A stretch of DNA of 64,000 nt from an uncultured Gammaproteobacteria bacterium (GTDB lineage: Bacteria; Pseudomonadota; Gammaproteobacteria; Arenicellales; JAANXG01), in contig CAVSUY010000015.1 of the NCBI GenBank assembly GCA_963731035.1, positions 50,955-114,954 of the forward strand. Reading direction: 5' to 3'. A program made the position numbers and the translations under genes. The notes under the pieces were generated by a model. The model was not told the DNA's origin. It saw only the letters and a program-made list of their open reading frames with translations, and searched no databases. Position 1 is the stretch's first letter; each line of letters begins with the position of its first letter. Shown here piece by piece: positions 1-9,523 of the stretch.

Positions 1-1504
1 CCTTGGCCAGGTCGTCGGCGGCCCCGGTGGAGAGGTGATCAAACACCAGCTTCTCCGCGGCCCTCCCTCCCAGGAGAACGGCTATTTTGTCTTCCAACTC
101 GCGGCGCGTCATCAGGTAGCGGTCTTCGGTCGGGCGTTGAATCGTGTAGCCGAGGGAGCCGATGCCTCGTGGAATGATCGACACCTTGTGCACCTGGTCG
201 ACGCCCGGCAGCACCATGCTGACCAGCGCGTGGCCCATCTCATGGTAGGCCACGAACTTGCGCTCATTCGGGTTCAACAGGCGGTTGCGCTTCTCGAGCC
301 CGGCGACGATGCGCTCGATGGCGTTGGTAAAGTCATCCAGGGTCACGAACTCCGCCTTGCGGCGGGTGGCAAACAGTGCCGCCTCGTTCACCAGATTCGC
401 CAGGTCTGCACCGCTGAACCCGGTGGTCAAAGCCGCCACCTGCTCCAGGTCGAGCCCTTCCGCCAGCTCGGTCTTCTTGGTGTGCACCTTCAGGATTTCC
501 AGGCGTCCGATCTTATCCGGGCGATCGACCAGGATCTGGCGGTCGAAGCGCCCCGCCCGCAGCAGCGCCGGGTCGAGGATCTCGGGGCGGTTGGTCGCCG
601 CCAGCAGCACCACGCCCTCGCTGGTGTCGAACCCGTCCAGCTCCGCCAGCAGCTGGTTCAGAGTCTGCTCGCGCTCGTCGTGGCCGCCAAAGCCCCCGGC
701 AGCGCTGCGCGAGCGTCCCAGTGAATCGAGTTCATCGATAAAGATGATCGCTGGCGCCTGCTGTTTCGCCTGCTCGAACAGGTCCCGCACGCGCGCCGCG
801 CCGACGCCGACGAACATCTCCACGAACTCCGAGCCGCTGATGGAGAAGAACGGCACACCGGCCTCGCCCGCTACCGCTCTTGCCAGCAGCGTCTTGCCGG
901 TGCCCGGCGGCCCTACCAGCAACACGCCTTTAGGTATGCGCGCTCCCAGCTTGCCGTACTGATCCGGGTGCTTGAGAAAGTCGACGACCTCCTCCAGCTC
1001 CGCCTTGGCTTCTTCGACACCCGCCACGTCTTCGAACGTGGTCTTGGTGTCCTTCACGACGTAGACCTTCGCCTTGCTCTTGCCGACCGTCATGAACCCG
1101 CCGAGTCCTCCCTGGCGCTCGGCCATCTTGCGAAACAGGAACATCCACAAACCGAAGAACAGCAACACCGGGAGCACCCACGACAGCAAATCCTGCAGCC
1201 ACGTGGTTTGCTGCGCGCCGGAATACTCGATCCCGGCCTTGTTCAGTTTCTCGGCGAGATCCGGCGGCACCCGATTGGCGATGAACTGTGTCTTGCCGCT
1301 TTCCAGGGGCTGCTTGTAGGTACCGGTGATGTAATCGCCGCGCACCACCACATCCTTGATCCGGCCCTGCGAGAGATCCTGCTCGAAGCGGCTGTAGGGG
1401 ATCGTTTCAACCTGTTGATGCTGGGACCACCAGCTCTGGAATATCAACAGCAAAAGGAACGCTGCGATGAAATACCAGACGTTGAACTGTGTCTTCTTTT
1501 CCAA
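1..1504 (-). CDS. ftsH: ATP-dependent zinc metalloprotease FtsH; C-terminal end runs off the left edge of the window
   Basis: Reverse-strand translation (absent from the ORF track because the ORF is open at position 1) gives two N-terminal TM segments ([34 protein letters not shown]), Walker A GPPGTGKT, Walker [31 protein letters not shown] and zinc motif HEMGHAL. The only available start is TTG 1502-1504, shortly after an in-frame TAG. Confidence 0.9.
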   Translation of the reverse strand, partial: MEKKTQFNVWYFIAAFLLLLIFQSWWSQHQQVETIPYSRFEQDLSQGRIKDVVVRGDYITGTYKQPLESGKTQFIANRVPPDLAEKLNKAGIEYSGAQQTTWLQDLLSWVLPVLLFFGLWMFLFRKMAERQGGLGGFMTVGKSKAKVYVVKDTKTTFEDVAGVEEAKAELEEVVDFLKHPDQYGKLGARIPKGVLLVGPPGTGKTLLARAVAGEAGVPFFSISGSEFVEMFVGVGAARVRDLFEQAKQQAPAIIFIDELDSLGRSRSAAGGFGGHDEREQTLNQLLAELDGFDTSEGVVLLAATNRPEILDPALLRAGRFDRQILVDRPDKIGRLEILKVHTKKTELAEGLDLEQVAALTTGFSGADLANLVNEAALFATRRKAEFVTLDDFTNAIERIVAGLEKRNRLLNPNERKFVAYHEMGHALVSMVLPGVDQVHKVSIIPRGIGSLGYTIQRPTEDRYLMTRRELEDKIAVLLGGRAAEKLVFDHLSTGAADDLAK

Positions 1505-1874
1505 ACCCGGGTCTCCAGACGACTAGGCACCTCGCGGTCGGCCTGACCGCGGCCGACCGATTCCGGCGACGATTCTACACGCTATGGATATCCGGCTCGG
1601 ATGACGCGGATCATCGAGGACGGCTCGCGGACGCTCACGGTCGCGGGGCAATCCGGCTTCATCGAGGCGTCTTCCCGACGTTCCGCGGCGAAGGCGCGAT
1701 GTCCCGCTCCGGCCGGTTTCGGGGCAACGCCTCCCGGACCGTTGAAGCTCGCCGCCGTGTTGCCCGAGGACGACCGCTCGATTGCCCCGAGGGTTCGATT
1801 CGCGGGCCGCGGGCGGGGGTTGACGCTTGGAATATCTCCGGCTTGGGGTAAGATGGTCCAAAAGGGGACGGAAA

Positions 1875-3302
1875 ATGAACCTATCTCGCCGTCTTTCGGC
1901 ATGGTTGCTGTGCGCCGCCGCAGCCGGTCTCTTCGGGTCTCCGATCAAGGTAAGCGCCGCCGTCGAGACAGGCGGTATCCTCCATTCGCTCACCCTGGAG
2001 AGGGCCATCGGGCTGGCGTTGACGCGCAATCGGTCCTTGGCCATCTCCGCCCTCGGGCCCCGGTCCGCCGCCCTGTCCGTCGACACCGCGCGGTCCGCAT
2101 TTGCGATCAGCGCCCGTCCGGAGGTATCCATCAACACGCTGGCGAGCGGCCGGGGCGCCACCACCCTCGGCCTGAGCGCCTCCAGGAAGTTCCGCACGGG
2201 CACCGAACTGAGCTCGCGCGTGGTCAGGGAAGAGTTCCAAGGAATCGACGGCAATCAGGAGCGCCTGGTGGTGGAAGTCTCGCAGCCGCTGTTCCGTTTC
2301 GCGGGACGGCTCGTAAACGAGGAGCCCATTGTTCAGGCACGAAGTGATCTGAGACGCGCCCGCCGGCGGCTCGCGTCACAGAAGCAGGATCTCGTCGTCG
2401 ACGTGGCGCGGGAGTACGAGAACATCCTGCGCCTTCAACAGCAGCTCGAAGCGGATCGAGGATCCTACAAACGCAGCGAGACCCTGTTCAAACGCACCAG
2501 TGCCAGGGAGAAGCTGGGCCGGGCGTCCCGCATCGATACGCTTCGCGTCGACCTCCAGCGGGGCCAGGCACAGTCGCGGCTTGAGTCGGACCGGGAACAG
2601 CTCGAGTCCACAAAGCGTGCCTTCGCCGAGCTGCTGGGCTTCGATCCCGGAACTTCCTTTCGGCTCGAGCCGACCGTGGCGCTCGATATCAACGTACCGC
2701 CACTGGAGGAAGCCGTCCGCATTGCTTTTGACAACCGTCTCGACTACGCGCAGGCGCTGGAAGACCGGGTCGACTCCCAGCGCGGTGTTCGGATAGCGCG
2801 CAAGGGCCTGTGGCCGGACGTGCGCGTTGTCGCGCGTTACGAGCACACCTATGACGCGGCCCTCGGCGGTCTCATTGACGACAATCGCTGGTTTCTCGGC
2901 CTGTCGGCGGATACCGACTTCAATCACACTCGCGAGCGCAACGCATTGAAGCAGGCCGGGATCGACGCCGAATCGGCCCGGCAATTCGTGGAAATGGTGC
3001 AACTGTCGATTGCTCGCGAGCTCCAGCAGAGAATGCTCGCTTACCATCGGGCGGCGGCGGATCTCAAAATCAGAGAACGCAACCTGCGTTACGCGAAGGC
3101 GCGCCTGGACCTGGCGCGGCGCCTTTTCGATATCGGACGCGGAGACAACTTCACGGTGACGGACGCCGAACAGGCGTTCGTCCAGGCGCAAAGCGACCAC
3201 CTGGCGGGCAAGTCCGACGCATCCATAACCGCCTACGAGCTGCTGCGGACAATGGGGACCCTGACCGAGGTTCCCGATACCCTGAAGCCTCGGAGGCTGT
3301 AA
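1875..3302 (+). CDS. TolC-family outer membrane efflux protein
   Basis: ORF 1827-3302. Internal ATG 1875 follows a GGGGACGGAAA Shine-Dalgarno-like stretch and starts a signal peptide (MNLSRRLSAWLLCAAAAGLFGSPIKVSA). Two-fold repeated coiled-coil/beta pattern typical of OEP/TolC proteins. First gene of an adaptor/ABC operon. Confidence 0.8.
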   Translation: MNLSRRLSAWLLCAAAAGLFGSPIKVSAAVETGGILHSLTLERAIGLALTRNRSLAISALGPRSAALSVDTARSAFAISARPEVSINTLASGRGATTLGLSASRKFRTGTELSSRVVREEFQGIDGNQERLVVEVSQPLFRFAGRLVNEEPIVQARSDLRRARRRLASQKQDLVVDVAREYENILRLQQQLEADRGSYKRSETLFKRTSAREKLGRASRIDTLRVDLQRGQAQSRLESDREQLESTKRAFAELLGFDPGTSFRLEPTVALDINVPPLEEAVRIAFDNRLDYAQALEDRVDSQRGVRIARKGLWPDVRVVARYEHTYDAALGGLIDDNRWFLGLSADTDFNHTRERNALKQAGIDAESARQFVEMVQLSIARELQQRMLAYHRAAADLKIRERNLRYAKARLDLARRLFDIGRGDNFTVTDAEQAFVQAQSDHLAGKSDASITAYELLRTMGTLTEVPDTLKPRRL

Positions 3303-3401
3303 TGGGTTCTCATTACGACCAGGGCTCCAGACCCGCACACGGTGGAAGGAGGCGGCTGCTGGGGTGGTTGATAGCGGGCTGCATCGCCTTGGTTAGGCGC
3401 G

Positions 3402-4571
3402 GTGACGTTATTCACGGCGTTGCCCGGGCACGCCGTACGGAAAGTCCAGTCGGCGCCGGTTACCCAAGGCGAGTTCGCCGTCCGCTCCGTCTACGACGGC
3501 AAGCTCGAGTCTCGCAACGTCGTCACGATCATGTCTCAGTTCAACGGCACGGCCACGGTGGTGGAACTCGCCGAAGAGGGCTCGTCCGTGTCCAAGGGCG
3601 ACCTGTTGGTGCGCTTTGACGACGCCCAGCTGGAACGGGACATGGTGAAGCTTCAGAAGGAATACGACCTCGCCACGTCCGAGCTGGACAGCCTGGTCAA
3701 CGCCAAGCTGCCGCTCGAGCTCCGCGAGCTGGAAATGAAAGTGGCGCAGACGCGGGCCGACCTCGAGTCCGAGGACGCTTACCTCCGGGACAGCCTCAGC
3801 CTTCGCAAGGAAAACTTGATATCGGAACAGGAGATCAACGAGCAGCGACGCAAAGTAGAAGGGCTCAAGGCCAAACTCCAGACACTGGAGCTCCAGTACC
3901 GACTCACCAAGCAATACCTGCATCCCTCGCAGATAGACAGCGCCAGAACCAAGCTGCAATCGGCGGACCAGGCATTGAACCTGGCGAAGCGGCAGCTGCA
4001 GGCTACCGAGGTACGGGCGCCCAAGGGTGGTGTCGTGGTGTACAAGCCGCTCCATATAAGCGGCGAATACCGTACGGTCCGGGTAGGAGACAACATCTAT
4101 CCCAATCAACCGTTCATGGTTATCCCGGATATGAACGATTTTGTCGTCCATGTCGACGTACCCGAGTCGGAGCTCTCAAACGTGGTCAAGGGCCGCCAGG
4201 CCTTCATAAGACCGCTGGCGTATCCCGACCTCACCCTCCCGGGGACTGTTGAAACGGTCGCGACCGTGGCTCAGGCGCTGCCCGGACATCCCGGATGGCA
4301 GAAGTTCTTTCACGTGAAGATCAGTGTCGACGACATCGATCCGCTGATCCGACCGGGAATGTCGGTAACCACTTACGTAGTTTCCCACTACAAGAAGACC
4401 GCCGTACTCATCCCCCGCCGCGCGGTGTCCTGGGACCAGGGCAAGGCCCTGGCCAGGATTGTGAACGGGCACACCAATTCCACGCGTCAATTGACTCTCG
4501 GACCGGCCAACGACACCTACTATGAAGTATTGAACGGCGTCGAGCCCGGAGAGGAAGTCCTGATCCAGTAG
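3402..4571 (+). CDS. HlyD/MacA-family periplasmic adaptor (membrane fusion protein); the N-terminal anchor appears to lie in another frame starting at ATG 3302
   Basis: Lipoyl-like motif GDLLVRFDD, a long coiled-coil hairpin (about 3640-3990) and a C-terminal barrel. ATG 3302 overlaps the upstream TAA (TAATG) and encodes RRRLLGWLIAGCIALV, a TM-like anchor that meets the main frame near 3395. Confidence 0.75.
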   Translation: MTLFTALPGHAVRKVQSAPVTQGEFAVRSVYDGKLESRNVVTIMSQFNGTATVVELAEEGSSVSKGDLLVRFDDAQLERDMVKLQKEYDLATSELDSLVNAKLPLELRELEMKVAQTRADLESEDAYLRDSLSLRKENLISEQEINEQRRKVEGLKAKLQTLELQYRLTKQYLHPSQIDSARTKLQSADQALNLAKRQLQATEVRAPKGGVVVYKPLHISGEYRTVRVGDNIYPNQPFMVIPDMNDFVVHVDVPESELSNVVKGRQAFIRPLAYPDLTLPGTVETVATVAQALPGHPGWQKFFHVKISVDDIDPLIRPGMSVTTYVVSHYKKTAVLIPRRAVSWDQGKALARIVNGHTNSTRQLTLGPANDTYYEVLNGVEPGEEVLIQ

Positions 4572-4577
4572 AGCGAA

Positions 4578-5258
4578 ATGTCGCCGCTTGTAGCCTTCCG
4601 GAACGTGCAGAAGCACTTCTACGCGCCCCATGGGCGGGTGGACGTCCTTAAGGGGATCGATTTCACCGTGGAGTCCGGCGAGTTCGTGGGGATCACCGGG
4701 CCATCGGGCTCCGGCAAGTCCACGCTGATGAATCTCGCCGCCATGCTGGACGTTCCGTCCGGGGGCGTGGTGGCGTTCGACGGCATGGAGGTCAGCCGCA
4801 TGACAGACGCGGACCTTTGCGACTTTCGCAAGGTGCGGGTTGGAATGGTATTTCAGAAGTATTGCCTCCTTCCCCACCGCAGCGTACTGGACAATGTGCT
4901 GTTCAGGTTTCGCTACGTGCCCCACGACCGCGCGGAGGCCGGGAAGAAGGCCCTTCAGGCGTTGGAGCTCATGGGCCTGGCCGGGATCGCCGATCGCCCC
5001 GCCAGGCTGCTCTCCGGTGGGGAGATGCAGCGGGTGGCGATAGCCAGGGCAGTGGTGCTCGAGCCGCGGCTGCTGGTGGCGGATGAACCAACAGGCAACC
5101 TCGACGGGCGGACCGCGGAGTCGGTCATGACATGTTTCGCGAACTTGAACCGGCAGGGTCTGACGGTGCTCCTGGTCACCCACAATGAACATCTGCTGAC
5201 TTTTTGCTCCCGGAGCATGCGGTGCGTTGACGGTAGGCTGGAGGCCGGAGCGAAGTGA
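4578..5258 (+). CDS. ABC transporter ATP-binding protein (MacB/LolD type)
   Basis: Walker A GPSGSGKST, signature LSGGEMQRVAIARA, Walker B LLVADEPTGNLD, H-loop VLLVTHN. Confidence 0.88.
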   Translation: MSPLVAFRNVQKHFYAPHGRVDVLKGIDFTVESGEFVGITGPSGSGKSTLMNLAAMLDVPSGGVVAFDGMEVSRMTDADLCDFRKVRVGMVFQKYCLLPHRSVLDNVLFRFRYVPHDRAEAGKKALQALELMGLAGIADRPARLLSGGEMQRVAIARAVVLEPRLLVADEPTGNLDGRTAESVMTCFANLNRQGLTVLLVTHNEHLLTFCSRSMRCVDGRLEAGAK

Positions 5259-6450
5259 GTCTGTCGATGACCCTGCGGGATATCGGCGACAGCATACGGT
5301 CGCAGCCAACGCGTTTCGCTCTGTCGTTCCTCGCTATCGGCATAGGGGTCATCTCTCTGGTCCTGCTGCTCGCGGTGCTGTCGGCGCTCAATTCCAAGTC
5401 CGAGCGGCTGGTACAGGACCTGGGGGTCGACGTGGTTGGTGTGCTGCGGCTCTCTCCCCTTGACCAGAACGGGGGACTGAGCCGTCGGCACGCGGAGCTT
5501 CTGAAACGAAACTTCGAAGACCTGACGGTTTCCAGTATCCGTCGCTACACGGCACCCACGCTGGGGACGCGCCAGCAATTGACCGTGGTGGCCACCGACG
5601 ACCGCCTGGCGTCAGTGCGGGGATGGTCCCTGGCGGCGGGCCGGTTTCTGGACAGACTCGACGTCCGGGACGCGCAGCGCAACGCCGTCGTCACCCGGGC
5701 ACTGAGCGAGGAGTGGGGATGGCGAGGTCGGGAATCTCATCTACCTGCGCGACACTCCCTTCACGATCGTCGGCATCGTCAACGCGGGCGGCAGCGCCCT
5801 CGACACGGAGGAAGGCGACCCGAGGCTGGTGCTGGGCGACCGCGTGGTTCTGGTCCCCAAGACCGTGCTGCCCTACTGGGACCAGGCACAAACGCCCTCC
5901 CGAGGCGCGATAGATGCCTTATTCGTGAGAGGAACACGGCTATCCGCTCCCGATCTCCTGCCGGCTCTGCGCAGAGTGCTGCAGCAGCCCGATCAGAGGG
6001 TGGGCAAGCTCGCCTGGGTGACACCCGCGAGCCTGCTTCGAGAAGTGAACCGCCTGAAGAAGTCGATTGCGGTCAGCGCCGGCACGGTATCTGCGTTGTG
6101 TCTGCTGCTGGGCGGCACCGCCCTGATGAGCCTGATGGTGGCCAACGTACGGGACCGCATCACGGAGATCGGACTGCGGCGGTCCCTTGGAGCGACCCGT
6201 CTGGATATCGCACTGCTGTTTGCGCTGGAGGCCATCGCGGTCACCGTTGCGGCGGGCCTTGTTCGGAACCCTGCTCGCCCACGCCGTTCTCTTGCTGACC
6301 GCAGGAAACTGGCCGGTTCCCGTCCAAGCGGGCCCCTGGAGCATTGCCATACCGCCGCTCGCCGCCGCAGTGCTCGGCGCTCTGTTTTCCTACTGGCCGG
6401 CGCGCACCGCGGCGAGTATTCCTCCGTCCGAGGCGCTGCGCAACGAGTAG
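5255..6450 (+). pseudogene. FtsX/MacB-type ABC permease with the reading frame broken twice
   Basis: Three colinear segments in different frames. 5255 to about 5716: MSLSMTLRDIGDSIRSQPTRFALSFLAIGIGVISLVLLL plus a periplasmic domain. About 5716 to 6258: GDGEVGNLIYLRDTPFTIVGIV ... LLLGGTALMSLMVANVRDRITEIGLRRSLGATRLDIALLFALEAIAVTVAAG. About 6258 to 6450: LFGTLLAHAVLLL ... YWPARTAASIPPSEALRNE. The GTG start overlaps the ATPase stop (GTGA). The first break lies in a GGGG run at 5715-5718. Confidence 0.75.
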
Positions 6451-6500
6451 CTTCCCGGACGGATACTCAGCCTGTCTCCCGGTGCCGGGTGCCTTGCAGG

Positions 6501-6609
6501 GCATGAGCCGGGGAGGGGTTTCGGCGGTACGCCGCGAGTACCTCCGTGTAGGCTCGCTTCCGGCATCCATGCCTCCAGACGCCCGCCGAAACCCCTCCCC
6601 GGCTCATGC
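6501..6609. repeat. Perfect 27-bp inverted repeat (GCATGAGCCGGGGAGGGGTTTCGGCGG / CCGCCGAAACCCCTCCCCGGCTCATGC) with a 55-nt spacer
   Basis: Arms at 6501-6527 and 6583-6609 are exact reverse complements. The spacer holds two small hairpins (GCGAG..CTCGC and GGCAT-CC-ATGCC). It lies between convergent genes. Confidence 0.85.
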
Positions 6610-6736
6610 TTTGGCGCCCATCCCTTCGTTTGAGGATGTTCTATCTGATACTTCCGGGCTACTTGGAAAAGGGCGCCCTCACCCCGTCGCGCTCCGGTGA
6701 GGGAGAGGAGATCCTTTGCCCTCGGAGATTCGGCCG

Positions 6737-7432
6737 CTATGGCGCCACGGCGTATTCGACCGCCTTCTGCGCATGTATTGCGGTGGTGTCGTAAAGCTTA
6801 ACGTCCGTGTCCTGCTGGCCGACGAGCATGCCGATCTCCGTGCAGCCAAGGATCACGGCTTCGGCGCCATCGTCGGTCAGTTGCCTGATGATTCTCAGGT
6901 ATTCCTTCTTCGACGTCTCCAGTACCCGCCCCAGGCAAAGCTCGCGGTAGATGACATCGTGGACCAGTTCTCTGTCGGCGGTGCCGGGAATCACCACTTC
7001 CAGACCATGCTTCCCCTGCAGCCGTCCCTTGTAGAACTCCTTTTCCATGGTGAACGCCGTGCCCAGCAATCCGACCTTTGCGACGCCGTCGGCGATCAGC
7101 ACCCGGGCTGTCGCATCGGCGATATGCAGAAGCGGGATGTCAATGGCGCTCTCGATGTCGGGCGCCACCTTGTGCATGGTATTCGTGCAGACGACGAGGA
7201 AATCGGCACCCGCATCCTGAACACGGACTGCGGCGTCGCACAGTATCTTCGCCGCTCCGGCCCAGTCGTCCTGATGCTGGCGTCTTTCCAAGGGTTCGAA
7301 ATCGACGCTGTAGAGGATGATCTTTGCCGAGTGCAAGCCGCCTAGAACGTTCTTCACGCCCTCGTTTATGGCGCGATAGTATTCGACCGTGCTCTCCCAG
7401 CTCATGCCCCCCAGCAGGCCGATAGTCTTCAT
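6737..7432 (-). CDS. Aspartate/glutamate racemase family protein
   Basis: 231-aa ORF MKTIGLLGGMSWESTVEYY with the two catalytic-Cys motifs of the Asp/Glu racemase fold (FLVVCTNTMH and ILGCTEIG). The ATG overlaps the stop of the upstream TIR gene (ATGA). Confidence 0.85.
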   Translation of the reverse strand: MKTIGLLGGMSWESTVEYYRAINEGVKNVLGGLHSAKIILYSVDFEPLERRQHQDDWAGAAKILCDAAVRVQDAGADFLVVCTNTMHKVAPDIESAIDIPLLHIADATARVLIADGVAKVGLLGTAFTMEKEFYKGRLQGKHGLEVVIPGTADRELVHDVIYRELCLGRVLETSKKEYLRIIRQLTDDGAEAVILGCTEIGMLVGQQDTDVKLYDTTAIHAQKAVEYAVAP

Positions 7433-7953
7433 TGTCCTCGCTTGCCCCGGCGAGCTGCGCGGCGCGCGAATATTCCGTCCAGCTTGTGCTCTACATCACG
7501 GAACAGGGCCTGGACAAACCGATCCCGCTGGCTGCCGGCGCAGTCTCCGTAGGACTTCGGAGCTTTGAACCTGTCCCCCTCGAGACGGAATATCTGGCGC
7601 TCCTTCAGTCCCTTGAGGTCATGGCGGTCGAAATCCACGGACTGCAGCATGACAGGTATCAGAGGCTTGGCACCGCGCCCGACAAACCGCGGCAGCTCAT
7701 GATCCGAGATGTACTGCGATCCGAGGAAAGCGGGGCTCACCAGCAACAATCCGAGCTCGCACCGTTCCAGGGCGGCCGCGATAGCCTCGTGCCACTCCTC
7801 CCCAACCAGGATTTCCCGGTCCCGCCAGAAGAGGTAGTCGTAACGGCTGGAAGCGGCGGCCTGCTCCATATACCGGTGCAGAAAATTGCCCGCGAGATTC
7901 TTGTTGGAGCGAGCGTAGGAAACAAACAGCTCGACTTTCTTCTTTCTGCCCAT
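7429..7953 (-). CDS. Stand-alone TIR-domain protein (TIR_2-like), 174 aa
   Basis: VELFVSYARSN ... WRDREILVGEEWHEAIAAALERCELGLLLVSPAFLGSQYISDHELPRF ... LIPVML follows the betaA / BB-loop / alphaC pattern of bacterial TIR domains. There are no other domains. Confidence 0.8.
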   Translation of the reverse strand: MGRKKKVELFVSYARSNKNLAGNFLHRYMEQAAASSRYDYLFWRDREILVGEEWHEAIAAALERCELGLLLVSPAFLGSQYISDHELPRFVGRGAKPLIPVMLQSVDFDRHDLKGLKERQIFRLEGDRFKAPKSYGDCAGSQRDRFVQALFRDVEHKLDGIFARRAARRGKRGQ

Positions 7954-8047
7954 TCGCCAGTGCTTTGATTGAGAGGCACGCGCCGCGAATCGATTGTATC
8001 CTCTGTCCGGCGATGTTTCATCTTCCCGGGGCAGCGGGGCATCGAGG

Positions 8048-9523
8048 TCAACGCATCACGAAGGGATCGGGGATGGGATCGTCGGCGGTGCGCAGCCAGG
8101 CGGCCTTCACCCGCGTGTACTCGAGGAGGGATTCCATACCGCCTTCCCGGCCGTAGCCGGACAGTCCGTAGCCACCGAAAGGCACGATGGGCGATACGGC
8201 GCGATAGGTGTTGACCCAGACGATACCTGCATGGATGTTCCTGACCATGCGATGGGCGCGGGTCAGGTCCCGGGTGAACACGCCGCTGGCCAGACCGAAG
8301 CGAGTGTCATTGCAGATGCGCACTGCGTCGTCTTCCGTGTCGAACGTCAATACGCTCAGCACCGGTCCGAATAGCTCCTGCTCGACGCTGGGCACGCGGG
8401 ACGAGTCGCAATCGATGATCGTCGGCCGATAATAGTAGCCCTGGTCGAAAGCCTGCGGACGGCAGCCGCCGGTCAGGACCCTGGCGCCGGCGTCGCGGCT
8501 GCGGGCGACGATGTCTTCGATCTTCTCCCGCTGGGCCGCAGTGGCCAGTGGACCTACTTCCGTGGCCCGGTCCCGCGGATCGCCGATCACCACGGCCTCC
8601 GCCTTTTCGATGAGACCCTGCACCAGGGCTTCCTTCACGCGCCGTTGGACCACCAGGCGGGAGCCGGCCACGCAACTCTGGCCGGTCGCCGCGAACACGC
8701 CCGCCACCACCGCGTTGGCGGCACTCGCCAGGTCGGCGTCCTCGAACACCACCACCGGGGACTTGCCGCCCAACTCCAGAGTAGTGTGGGCCAGGTTGTC
8801 GGCGGAATTGCGGACGATGTGCCGGGCAGTATCCGGTCCGCCGGTGAACGCGATGCGATTGACCAGCGGGTGCGAAGTCAGGGATTGACCACAGTCCTGC
8901 GCGAACCCGGTCACGATATTCACCACCCCCGGCGGGAAGCCGGCCTCGTCGATCAGTCTCGCGAATTCGAGCATCGGCGCCGGGCCGTCCTCGGACGCCT
9001 TGAGCACCACCGTGCATCCGGCCGCCAGGGCCGGGCCGAGCTTGACCGCCGACAGGAACAGCTGCGAGTTCCACGGTACGATGGCTGCGACCACACCGAT
9101 GGGCTCGCGGCGCAGCCACACCTCCATGTCGGGCTTGTCGATGGGCAGGTACGCGCCCTCCAGTTTGTCGGCCGCGCCGGCGAAGTATCGATAGTACTCC
9201 GCTACATAGGCAACCTGCGCCGAGGTCTCGCGAATGATCTTTCCCGTGTCGCGGGTTTCTAGCTCCGCCAGCCTGGAAGCGTTGTCCTGAACGAGATCCG
9301 CCAATCGGTGCAGCAGCCTGCCTCGCGCAGTGGCCGTGAGGCCCCGCCACGCCGTGGAGTCCAGCGCTTCGCGGGCGGCCTCGACGGCGCGGTTGACGTC
9401 TTCCGCGGAAGCGGCGGGCATTGTAGCCCAGGGCTGTCCGGTCGCGGGATCCAGGCTGTCGAAGCTTGCGGCGGCGTCTTCGAAATGCCCGTTGATGTAT
9501 TGCTGAAACGCTTGCAGACTCAT
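8048..9523 (-). CDS. NAD(P)-dependent aldehyde dehydrogenase
   Basis: ORF 8048-9841. The true start is probably ATG 9521-9523 (MSLQAFQQYINGHFED), overlapping the upstream stop (ATGA). Motifs ELGGKSP and catalytic GQSCVAGSR. Confidence 0.87.
   Translation of the reverse strand: MSLQAFQQYINGHFEDAAASFDSLDPATGQPWATMPAASAEDVNRAVEAAREALDSTAWRGLTATARGRLLHRLADLVQDNASRLAELETRDTGKIIRETSAQVAYVAEYYRYFAGAADKLEGAYLPIDKPDMEVWLRREPIGVVAAIVPWNSQLFLSAVKLGPALAAGCTVVLKASEDGPAPMLEFARLIDEAGFPPGVVNIVTGFAQDCGQSLTSHPLVNRIAFTGGPDTARHIVRNSADNLAHTTLELGGKSPVVVFEDADLASAANAVVAGVFAATGQSCVAGSRLVVQRRVKEALVQGLIEKAEAVVIGDPRDRATEVGPLATAAQREKIEDIVARSRDAGARVLTGGCRPQAFDQGYYYRPTIIDCDSSRVPSVEQELFGPVLSVLTFDTEDDAVRICNDTRFGLASGVFTRDLTRAHRMVRNIHAGIVWVNTYRAVSPIVPFGGYGLSGYGREGGMESLLEYTRVKAAWLRTADDPIPDPFVMR

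Noticed and set aside
35-1546. Plus-strand ORFs 35-724, 258-962 and 968-1546.
   Set aside because: They are antisense to a clearly recognisable ftsH. Their Arg/Pro/Gly/Ala-rich products are typical of GC-rich shadow frames.
6737-7953. Thoeris or another known TIR defence system.
   Set aside because: No ThsA-like (SIR2/SLOG/Macro) gene, cyclase, STING, or other known partner lies within several kb. Only the racemase is coupled, so it cannot be called Thoeris.
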